From: Actinomycetota bacterium | Lineage (GTDB): Bacteria > Actinomycetota > Acidimicrobiia > Acidimicrobiales > Ilumatobacteraceae | Length of the DNA stretch: 64,000 nucleotides | Direction of reading: 5' to 3' | NCBI GenBank assembly: GCA_016870215.1 | Contig: VGCD01000001.1 | Span: 57,838 to 121,837, forward strand | Shown: piece by piece, positions 31,805-38,089 of the stretch | How the letters are laid out: each line of letters begins with the position of its first letter | How positions within the stretch are numbered: the stretch's first letter is position 1 | Position numbers and translations under genes: made by a program | Notes under the pieces: model-generated | Databases searched by the model: none | What the model was told of the DNA's origin: nothing | What the model saw: the letters and a program-made list of their open reading frames with translations, nothing else

Positions 31805-32760
31805 TGGTCAAGAAGCGTGGGCCCCGCAGCGGTGCTGACCGTGTACGCGGCCTTCTCGTGATGTTGCCGTGGTTGCTCGACCGTCGCGAGGTCGGCATCG
31901 ACGAGATGGCAGCGCAATTCAACGTCGACCGCGATGAACTCATCGAGGATTTGTCGATTGCGAATTTTTGTGGCGCGCCTCCGTACACAGCTGAGCAACT
32001 TCCCAACATCGACATCTATCGCGACACCATCGTGGCAACACGCAAAGGACATTTTGGGCATCGTCTCGCATTGACTCCGACCGAGGCATTTGGTCTTAGC
32101 GTGCTCGCCGATGCAGCACTTGAACTTCCGGGAATGGAAAACGAGACCGAACTAAAGTCAGCACTAACGAAACTGCGCTCAACACTGGGCGAGAACCTCG
32201 TCGATGTGCAGGTGGAGCGGCCGCCCTTTCTTGATGAAGTTGGTGTTGCATGTGCTGAGGGCGAAAAACTGCGCATCACATACTGGACTCCGTCGCGAAA
32301 TGAAACCACAGTGCGCGTTATAACGCCTCGAGCGGTGTTCAGCGACAGTGGCCATTGGTATGTCACGGCCGACGACGAACTGCGCAACGATGAGCGACAT
32401 TTTCGTATCGATCGCATCAGCGCAGTCGAACACTCTGGGGAACGAGTACCACTTGCTGACATCACACTGGCGGTGCCGAAGTGGTTCGATGGGGCAGAAG
32501 GTCTTGAAACCGTGTCACTTCGCGTCGCTGCGTCGGCGCGATGGGTGGAAGAGACCTATCCCTGCACAGTTATTGCCGAGCGACCCGATGGGTCTGTAGA
32601 CATCGACATGGTGATCACGAGTACCCATTGGCTACATCGACTGATGCTGCGGGCGGGTTCGGGCGTCGCGGTACTTGCGCCTGCACACCTGCAAACGGCA
32701 CACGCCGACGCAGCTCAGGCCGTTTTGGCGCGGTATTCAGACAGCACAAGCGGTAACTGA
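31804..32760 (+). CDS. pafC: HTH-WYL transcriptional regulator, PafC-like
   Basis: RVRGLLVMLPWLL, EDLSIANFCGAPPY (compare the mycobacterial PafC LWMCGLPGY pattern), and a WYL region GHWYVTADD...RHFRIDRI. Its ATG overlaps the pafB TGA by 1 nt. Confidence 0.7.
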   Translation: MVKKRGPRSGADRVRGLLVMLPWLLDRREVGIDEMAAQFNVDRDELIEDLSIANFCGAPPYTAEQLPNIDIYRDTIVATRKGHFGHRLALTPTEAFGLSVLADAALELPGMENETELKSALTKLRSTLGENLVDVQVERPPFLDEVGVACAEGEKLRITYWTPSRNETTVRVITPRAVFSDSGHWYVTADDELRNDERHFRIDRISAVEHSGERVPLADITLAVPKWFDGAEGLETVSLRVAASARWVEETYPCTVIAERPDGSVDIDMVITSTHWLHRLMLRAGSGVAVLAPAHLQTAHADAAQAVLARYSDSTSGN

Positions 32761-33335
32761 TCGGCGGAGGTGATGTCGGCCTCGCGCAACAGTGCCGACA
32801 ACAAACGTGCAGTGGCTGTGGCGTCACCAAGTGCGGTGTGGGCACCGTCGAGCACGATGTTGTGATGGTCACACAACTCGCTCAGGCGATGAGATCGAAG
32901 CTTCTCGGGGTCTGAGCGGCGGGAGACCGCCAGAGTGTCGATGTGATGGACGACTGGAAATGTGAGACCGACGCGGGCTGCTTCTGCGTGGAGGAAGCCA
33001 AGGTCAAACGATGCGTTATGGCCTGCAAAAACGCCGAACGGCAAGAGGGACAAGAGATGGTTGAAAGCCTCAGAGAGAGACATTCCATGACTCACATCGC
33101 TAGCCGATATGCCATGGATGTGCTCGGCTCCGTGTTCGTACTCTGACGGATTCTCAGGTTTGACAACGGTGGAGAAAGTCTGAGACACGTGGCCGTTTGG
33201 CTCGACAACCAAAGCTGCCATTTGAATGACGCGACATGTTGTTGGGTCAAGACCAGTTGTTTCTAGGTCGACAACCACACAGGAAAAGGGCAACTCACCA
33301 GTAGTGACGCTGCTGTGCGCGATCTCCGATGTCAT
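32715..33335 (-). CDS. DEDDh 3'-5' exonuclease (DnaQ/epsilon-like)
   Basis: VVVDLETTGLDP (Exo I), AGHNASFDLGFL (Exo II) and HTALGDATA (Exo III). ATG 33335 lies 7 nt after TACGGT; the ORF-track TTG is at 33365. Confidence 0.8.
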   Translation of the reverse strand: MTSEIAHSSVTTGELPFSCVVVDLETTGLDPTTCRVIQMAALVVEPNGHVSQTFSTVVKPENPSEYEHGAEHIHGISASDVSHGMSLSEAFNHLLSLLPFGVFAGHNASFDLGFLHAEAARVGLTFPVVHHIDTLAVSRRSDPEKLRSHRLSELCDHHNIVLDGAHTALGDATATARLLSALLREADITSADQLPLVLSEYRAKTA

Positions 33336-33370
33336 GGTGACCACCGTAGATGAGGGGTGCCTCAATAGTT

Positions 33371-33394
33371 AAGAGAAGCACGCGAGCCGCGTGC
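33371..33394 (-). terminator. putative intrinsic terminator of whiB
   Basis: Minus strand reads GCACGCG-GCT-CGCGTGC (7-bp stem) followed by TTCTCTT, downstream of the whiB stop and its 18-bp repeats. Confidence 0.45.
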
Positions 33395-33397
33395 CAA

Positions 33398-33451
33398 GTA
33401 CTCAGGCTGATTGTGGTACTCAAGGTGAATGTGGTACTCAGGCTGATCGAG
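33398..33451 (-). repeat. 3 x 18-bp tandem repeat spanning the whiB stop codon
   Basis: Plus strand: GTACTCAGGCTGATTGTG / GTACTCAAGGTGAATGTG / GTACTCAGGCTGATCGAG. On the coding strand every copy carries an in-frame TGA. Confidence 0.85.
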
Positions 33452-33770
33452 GCAAACGTGCGCGCACACCAATGGGCGCTGCCACCGTGAAGCCAGCGAG
33501 GTGACGCTCTTCCTCAGACTCGCCACCCCAGAACCCGTACTCGTGGTTAGTGCGTGCAAACTCGCGACAATCGGCGGAGACGGGGCAGTTGCCGCAGAGT
33601 TGCTTGGCACGAGCTTCGCGGCGTGCACGCGCTTGTGGGCGCTCGGCGCGAGGAGGGAAGAACAAGTGTGTTTTGCCTTTACAGACCGCTTGGTTGGTCC
33701 ACTCGCCAGGCGCGGCGACGACGACGAGATCCGAGAGGATGATTTCGGCGGGGCGGTCCATCACGCTCAT
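33438..33770 (-). CDS. whiB: WhiB-family (Wbl) Fe-S transcriptional regulator
   Basis: Four-Cys pattern C-x29-C-x2-C-x5-C (AVCKGK...LCGNCPVSADC), followed by the G(F)WGG turn (YGFWGGESEEER). I see no clear RGRP AT-hook. Confidence 0.85.
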   Translation of the reverse strand: MSVMDRPAEIILSDLVVVAAPGEWTNQAVCKGKTHLFFPPRAERPQARARREARAKQLCGNCPVSADCREFARTNHEYGFWGGESEEERHLAGFTVAAPIGVRARLPRSA

Positions 33771-33838
33771 GTGGGTACTTCCTTGTCGTAGAGAAAAGGG
33801 CGGTGGGGGCCGGGAGGGAAAGGCCCCGCACCGCTCAT
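33767..33838 (-). CDS. candidate leaderless upstream ORF (23 codons, MSGAGPFPPGPHRPFLYDKEVPT)
   Basis: ATG 33838 lies 7 nt after a TACTAT -10 box. The TGA stop overlaps the whiB ATG as ATGA. Coding status is unproven. Confidence 0.4.
   Translation of the reverse strand: MSGAGPFPPGPHRPFLYDKEVPT
33800..33834 (-). promoter_or_regulatory. GC-rich hairpin plus U-rich tract inside the whiB leader/uORF (attenuator or terminator-like)
   Basis: GCGGTG(C)GGGGCC - UUUCCCUCCC - GGCCCCCACCGC (12 bp, one bulge), followed by CCUUUUCUCU, then an AAGGAAG SD and the whiB ATG. Confidence 0.5.
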
Positions 33839-33845
33839 GTCCGAG

Positions 33846-33874
33846 ATAGTAACGACGGGTAAGGAAGAAGTCAA
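33846..33874 (-). promoter_or_regulatory. near-consensus sigma-70-type promoter of the whiB leader
   Basis: TTGACT (33874-33869), 17 nt, TACTAT (33851-33846). Confidence 0.55.
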
Positions 33875-33992
33875 GTCATTTAACACTAAAACTGAAAATG
33901 GGCTGAAACCCCTGCGCTGCAAGGCTTTGGTGATAACGCAGAGAGAACGCGTGGGACTTGCGCGGGGTCCGGCCCCGGAGAGAAAAGGAGCG

Positions 33993-35375
33993 CTACAGAA
34001 GTTCGGCGGCCAAGCTGGCCACCTCACTGCGTTCGCAGGCCGTGAGGGTGACGTGGCCAAAACAGGTCTGGTTGGCAAACGCCTGAATAAGGACCGCAAG
34101 TGCGTTGTTTGATTCGCTCATGTATGGCGCATCAATTTGGCTTGTGTCGCCGGTGAAGATCACTTTCGTGCCTTCGCCGATGCGTGTGAGGATTGTCTTC
34201 AGCGTTGTGGGCTCAAGGTTTTGAGCTTCGTCAACAACGACAATTTGTCGATGCAGTGAACGTCCACGTAAGAACGTGACCGATTCAAGAGAGAGTTGTC
34301 CTCGTGCGATGAGGTCGTCGATCATGCGCCGAGCGTCATTCGAAGAGCGTTGGTCAGTGAGTGCGACAATGGCGTCATGGATGGCTGACATCCACGGATC
34401 GAGTTTTTCATCGAGGCCACCAGGCAAGAAACCAACTTCTGCGCGGCCGACGGGGACCAGCGGTCGATACACGGCGAGCTTTTCGTAACTGCGTTGTTCG
34501 ACCACTTGTTCAAGTCCAGCTGCAATTGCCATGACAGTCTTTCCGGTACCGGCACGACCGTCTAGCGCGACGATGCTGATGTCGGGATCCAACAGCAATT
34601 CGAGTGCGAATCGTTGCTCCTTGGAGCGTGCTCGAAGGCCCCAGGCCTCAGGAGAGCCAGCGTGAAGCAGCACGAGTTCACCGTGGTGCCGGCGGGCCAA
34701 CGCTGATTGTGAACCGGCACGCAGAACTGCGAACTCGTTCTCATGCATCGCGTCGAGTCGCGCGTCTCCGTGGTCGCCTGCAGAACCCTTGGCGTACAAC
34801 TCGTCAATGACAGCTGATGACGTATCAATGGTGAACCAGCCGACGGGTCGAGTGGCTCGCGATCGGCCGACTGGCTGGTGCTCTTCTGCGTCGAGGCCCA
34901 GATGGGCAGCCTTGATGCGCAGACCTGCATCATTCGACACCACCTTGGTGGGCGCATGGTCGGCCTGCCCCAGGGCGGCTCCAATGATGCGGTTGTCGGG
35001 AATCTCGGGGTCCAGACCGTTTTCTATGAGGCGGTGGCGCTGGATGCCATTGACCTCGATATGGACCGTGCCCCCGTCGATTTCGTCAGTGAGGGGTACA
35101 GGTTGGTGTATCGCACCGCCGGCCTTTCGACGCAAATCTTCAATGGTGCGCAGGGCTGTTCTGGCTGCGCGACCGACGTCATCGGCGCGAGATTTCAATC
35201 CATCAAGTTCTTCGATGACTGTCAGTGGAATAACTACTTCACTGTTTGGGAAACACATCAAGCTTGACGGATCAGCAATGAGAACTGACGTATCAATGAC
35301 AACACGAACGCGTTGCGAAGTTCCAGGGGCGACAGGGGGATGATCGTGTGAAAAGGGCGAGACAGTGTCCGTCAT
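33993..35375 (-). CDS. PhoH2: PIN-domain RNase fused to PhoH-like ATPase
   Basis: N-terminal PIN (VVIDTSVLIADPSSL...VIPLTVIEELD). Walker A GRAGTGKT. VVVDEAQNLE. C-terminal PhoH pattern. Confidence 0.85.
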   Translation of the reverse strand: MTDTVSPFSHDHPPVAPGTSQRVRVVIDTSVLIADPSSLMCFPNSEVVIPLTVIEELDGLKSRADDVGRAARTALRTIEDLRRKAGGAIHQPVPLTDEIDGGTVHIEVNGIQRHRLIENGLDPEIPDNRIIGAALGQADHAPTKVVSNDAGLRIKAAHLGLDAEEHQPVGRSRATRPVGWFTIDTSSAVIDELYAKGSAGDHGDARLDAMHENEFAVLRAGSQSALARRHHGELVLLHAGSPEAWGLRARSKEQRFALELLLDPDISIVALDGRAGTGKTVMAIAAGLEQVVEQRSYEKLAVYRPLVPVGRAEVGFLPGGLDEKLDPWMSAIHDAIVALTDQRSSNDARRMIDDLIARGQLSLESVTFLRGRSLHRQIVVVDEAQNLEPTTLKTILTRIGEGTKVIFTGDTSQIDAPYMSESNNALAVLIQAFANQTCFGHVTLTACERSEVASLAAELL

Positions 35376-35416
35376 CGCAAGCCTTTTGTTTCAGAACGAC
35401 GTTGCGTACTCAACGT

Positions 35417-35445
35417 TGCATATCGTTGTCGTTCTCAACGTGCAA
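35417..35445 (-). promoter_or_regulatory. putative phoH2 promoter embedded in inverted/direct repeats
   Basis: Minus strand: TTGCAC (35445-35440), 17 nt, TATGCA (35422-35417). Flanked by the inverted repeat AGAACGAC/GTCGTTCT (35393-35400 / 35428-35435) and the CAACGTTG palindrome. Confidence 0.4.
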
Positions 35446-35988
35446 GTGGTGGATGCTCCGAGTATGTGTTGACTTTTCAATCGTGGGTCTGCTCGATTGC
35501 GGACCCTGTGCGGTCGCCGATTTTTCACAAATGGTGAGAGCAAGGGTCTTTGATCGGCAATTTTCAGAAATTTTTCAGAATTTTTTGGGGCGCCGACAAG
35601 GTCAGATTTTGGGGTGCCGTTCGGCAGGGGAAGGAATGAATCCGAAGATCTGAAGTGAGGCGAGGCACCTGTGTCGGCGTGCATCACTGCTTCATGAACG
35701 TCACACCGTGCCAATCACAAAAGTCTCGCAAACCGTTACAGCACAAGGGTTTGCGAGAGACCGTCAATCAACGGAGAAACACATTGCAAGGGGTGACCGT
35801 CGCAGTATTCACCTCGATCACTCACTCGCGTCGATGCAAGACACTTTGCTTGTTCGCACTTCTGATCATCTGTGGACAACTTTCATTTGTCCAGTTTGTT
35901 GCACTTGCAACTAGTCAAATGCTTGCATTTCCACGTCAGACCCGTTCAGATATACAAAGCACTCCGATTCCGAAGGAGACATCAAACA

Positions 35989-36273
35989 ATGACAAAAGCA
36001 GAGCTCATCGAAGAGGTTGCGAAGAAAGCAGACATTTCCAAGGCAGATGCCGAACGAACAATTGCTGCATTCTTCGAACTTGTAGTGGCTTCTACAAAGA
36101 AGGGCGACAAAGTCGCATGGCCGGGCTTCGGCTCGTTCAGCACGACGCGTCGCAAGGAGCGCACAGGTCGTAACCCGCAAACGGGTGCGACAGTTGTGGT
36201 TCCTGCATCCACTGCGATGAAGTTCTCAGCGAGCTCAACGCTCAAAGCTGAGCTGAACCCAAACCGTAAGTAA
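35989..36273 (+). CDS. hup: nucleoid-associated protein HU (HU fold only, 94 aa)
   Basis: MTKAELIEEVAKKADISKADAERTIAAFFELV...GFGSFSTTRRKERTGRNPQTG. A GAAGGAG SD lies upstream. Confidence 0.9.
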   Translation: MTKAELIEEVAKKADISKADAERTIAAFFELVVASTKKGDKVAWPGFGSFSTTRRKERTGRNPQTGATVVVPASTAMKFSASSTLKAELNPNRK

Positions 36274-36300
36274 ACACTTACCTAACGAGAGGAAACTCAA

Positions 36301-36549
36301 GTGGCAGCAAAGAAGAAGGCGACCCGTAAGAAGGCCGCAGGCAAGAAGAAGGCAGCAGCGAAGAAGGCTCCTGCAAAGCGTCGCAAGAAGAAGGCAGCAG
36401 CCAAGAAGGCTGCTCCTGCTAAGAAGCGCCGCAAGAAGGCAGCAGCCAAGAAGGCTGCTCCTGCTAAGAAGCGCCGCAAGAAGGCAGCAGCCAAGAAGGC
36501 TGCTCCTGCTAAGAAGCGCCGCAAGAAAGCAGCTGCGAAGAAGAGCTGA
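36301..36549 (+). CDS. Lys/Ala/Pro-rich histone-H1-like basic repeat protein (equivalent to the C-terminal tail of mycobacterial HupB/Hlp)
   Basis: 82 aa of AAKK/PAKK/KRRKK repeats. GTG start has a GAGAGGA SD 7 nt upstream. It is in the same frame as hup, separated by TAA 36271 and TAA 36283. Confidence 0.7.
   Translation: MAAKKKATRKKAAGKKKAAAKKAPAKRRKKKAAAKKAAPAKKRRKKAAAKKAAPAKKRRKKAAAKKAAPAKKRRKKAAAKKS
36391..36525 (+). repeat. 3 perfect tandem copies of a 45-bp unit
   Basis: AAGGCAGCAGCCAAGAAGGCTGCTCCTGCTAAGAAGCGCCGCAAG at 36391, 36436 and 36481. Each copy encodes KAAAKKAAPAKKRRK. Confidence 0.95.
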
Positions 36550-36598
36550 GCTCTTTCTTCAGCTTCAAAAAACCAAACCAATCGGTTCGGAAGTGTCA

Positions 36599-36626
36599 GA
36601 AAGCGGGGGGTTCGCCCCCCGCTTTC
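36599..36626. terminator. bidirectional stem-loop between convergent genes
   Basis: GAAAGCGGGGGG-TTCG-CCCCCCGCTTTC is a perfect 12-bp stem. No long U tract on either side. Confidence 0.55.
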
Positions 36627-36666
36627 GCTATTCCCGGACAAGTTTCGAGCCGTATCTCAGGCGATA

Positions 36667-37455
36667 TCAGAGCTTGTCGATGAGATGAAAGATCTCGGCC
36701 GCTGCCAGGCCATGAGGTGAGCCGAGGGCGGCCAGACGGTCGCTCATGCGGTTTCGAAACTCCGTCAGATCGCCGTCGGGGGCCGTCTTCATCGTCGATT
36801 CAAATTGGCTCTCGTGGGCCTCAAGGGCTGCGAGTTTGATGTCCACCCATTTCGACACATCTTCAACGTGATTCGGTTCGTCTGCTTCCCATAAGAGCAG
36901 GGCATCTGGTCGGTGGTGTACCACGGAGTGCTCTTCCATATGGTGGCGAAGGAAGTGCGGATCGCGGGCCGCAACGATGGCGTCACACACAATGAGGCCT
37001 GCATTGCGATGGTCGGGGTGCAATCGATATCGCTTCCAGGGATCATGGCTGAGCACCACGTTCGGCTTGAGTTGACGAATGGTCAGCGCGACAGCATCGA
37101 CCATCGTCGGGTTGTGAGCAAGCTCACCGTCAACGGCGCTAATGAAACGCACTTCGCCAGTTGCACCCAGTCGACGTGCTGCTTCACGTTGTTCCGCTTG
37201 ACGGCGTTGCACCAAGAGTGCCGTGTCTGCACTGACATTCCATGTGCCTTTTGATCCGTCGGTGAGTACGAGATGGTGAATCGTTGCACCGGATGCAGCC
37301 CATTTGGCGAGAGTGCCGCCACAGCCGAACTCCACGTCATCTGGGTGTGCGCCAATTGCGAGAGCCACGCGGGGAGACGTCAAGTTGTGTGTCCATTCGT
37401 CATAACGCGCACGCGAGTGGTCGAGAGGTGGTTGTCCTGGTTCATTTGCGCTCAT
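36667..37455 (-). CDS. PIG-L/LmbE family N-acetylglucosaminyl deacetylase (MshB/Mca-like)
   Basis: LAIGAHPDDVEFGCGGTLAKW and HPDHRNAG motifs. Confidence 0.8.
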   Translation of the reverse strand: MSANEPGQPPLDHSRARYDEWTHNLTSPRVALAIGAHPDDVEFGCGGTLAKWAASGATIHHLVLTDGSKGTWNVSADTALLVQRRQAEQREAARRLGATGEVRFISAVDGELAHNPTMVDAVALTIRQLKPNVVLSHDPWKRYRLHPDHRNAGLIVCDAIVAARDPHFLRHHMEEHSVVHHRPDALLLWEADEPNHVEDVSKWVDIKLAALEAHESQFESTMKTAPDGDLTEFRNRMSDRLAALGSPHGLAAAEIFHLIDKL

Positions 37456-38072
37456 GTGGCACTCCGTGATTTCAACTCTGCCAAGTCCTCTGCGGTGTCG
37501 AGGTCGAGTGCGAGGGTGGCATCTTCGATGCAGCGATAGTCAAGTCCGGTTTCTTCCAATTGGCGTCGGTGTAGCAAGAAACTTCCTGGACCGTACGACG
37601 TACGAAATGGGGAGGTGGCGGGAACGGCGATGACGTTTGTTCCATCTCCGTGACGATCAGCGACGAGTGTGATGATGCCTGGGGCCACAATGTGTGTGAA
37701 CGTGCGCACGAGTGGAAGGTCACTGTGTGCGATGACGATGTGCTCGGCTCCGTCGCTGCGTGCGGCAAGTCGACCGGCATCGACTGCGGCGTTCAGCCCT
37801 GCGTCATCGGGGCGAACCACCGCACAGCCGAGTGATTGTGCCCATGCCGTGACATCTGGATCGTCGCACACAATGTGCACATGCCAATCACCGGCAGCTG
37901 CGACGACACGTTCTGCGCACGCGCGTGCGAGTTCACGACGCTCGTCGTCTGTGAGTACGGCAGCGAGACGACCCTTGGCGAAAGTGAATGACTTCACCGG
38001 CACAACTAGATCCACTCGCACGAAGAACGAGCCTACGAATGCGCCAGGAGAGATGGCGTAGCCTGATCTCAT
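37452..38072 (-). CDS. cofC: 2-phospho-L-lactate / phosphoenolpyruvate guanylyltransferase (CofC/FbiD)
   Basis: VVPVKSFTFAKGRL, GLNAAVDAG, HSDLPLV and GDGTNVI. Start uncertain: 38072 or GTG near 38021. It overlaps the downstream gene by 4 nt. Confidence 0.75.
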   Translation of the reverse strand: MRSGYAISPGAFVGSFFVRVDLVVPVKSFTFAKGRLAAVLTDDERRELARACAERVVAAAGDWHVHIVCDDPDVTAWAQSLGCAVVRPDDAGLNAAVDAGRLAARSDGAEHIVIAHSDLPLVRTFTHIVAPGIITLVADRHGDGTNVIAVPATSPFRTSYGPGSFLLHRRQLEETGLDYRCIEDATLALDLDTAEDLAELKSRSAT

Positions 38073-38089
38073 GTCACTGACTGGTCCTC

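Noticed and set aside
33398-33451. Tandem repeats at 33398, 36391, 46056 and 57301 considered as a possible CRISPR array or mobile-element ends.
   Set aside because: The repeats are directly abutting, with no spacers, only 2-3 copies and units of 17-45 bp. No cas, transposase or integrase genes occur anywhere in the window.
33438-33770. Calling the Wbl protein WhiB7.
   Set aside because: The uORF-plus-terminator leader is WhiB7-like, but the C-terminus (IGVRARLPRSA) lacks the RGRP AT-hook core. The subfamily is left open.
33800-33834. C-rich-loop hairpin upstream of whiB as a 6C-type actinobacterial sRNA.
   Set aside because: 6C RNA has two hairpins with C-rich loops and is a free-standing gene. 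Here there is only one such hairpin. It lies between a promoter and the whiB SD, inside a potential uORF, so a cis-acting leader is the simpler reading.
30836-35375. WYL regulators, DEDDh exonuclease, WhiB and PIN-PhoH2 considered together as a novel defence island.
   Set aside because: Each component is a widely conserved housekeeping actinobacterial gene (PafBC, a DnaQ-like exonuclease, Wbl, PhoH2). There is no mobile-element context, no compositional anomaly and no operonic linkage: the strands and promoters differ.
36297-36641. 114-aa minus-strand ORF (FLRRFLAGAAFLAAA repeats) antisense to the Lys/Ala-rich gene.
   Set aside because: It is a mirror image of the AAG/GCN repeat on the plus strand. 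The plus-strand ORF has an SD, a start codon and the known biological precedent of the HupB tail.
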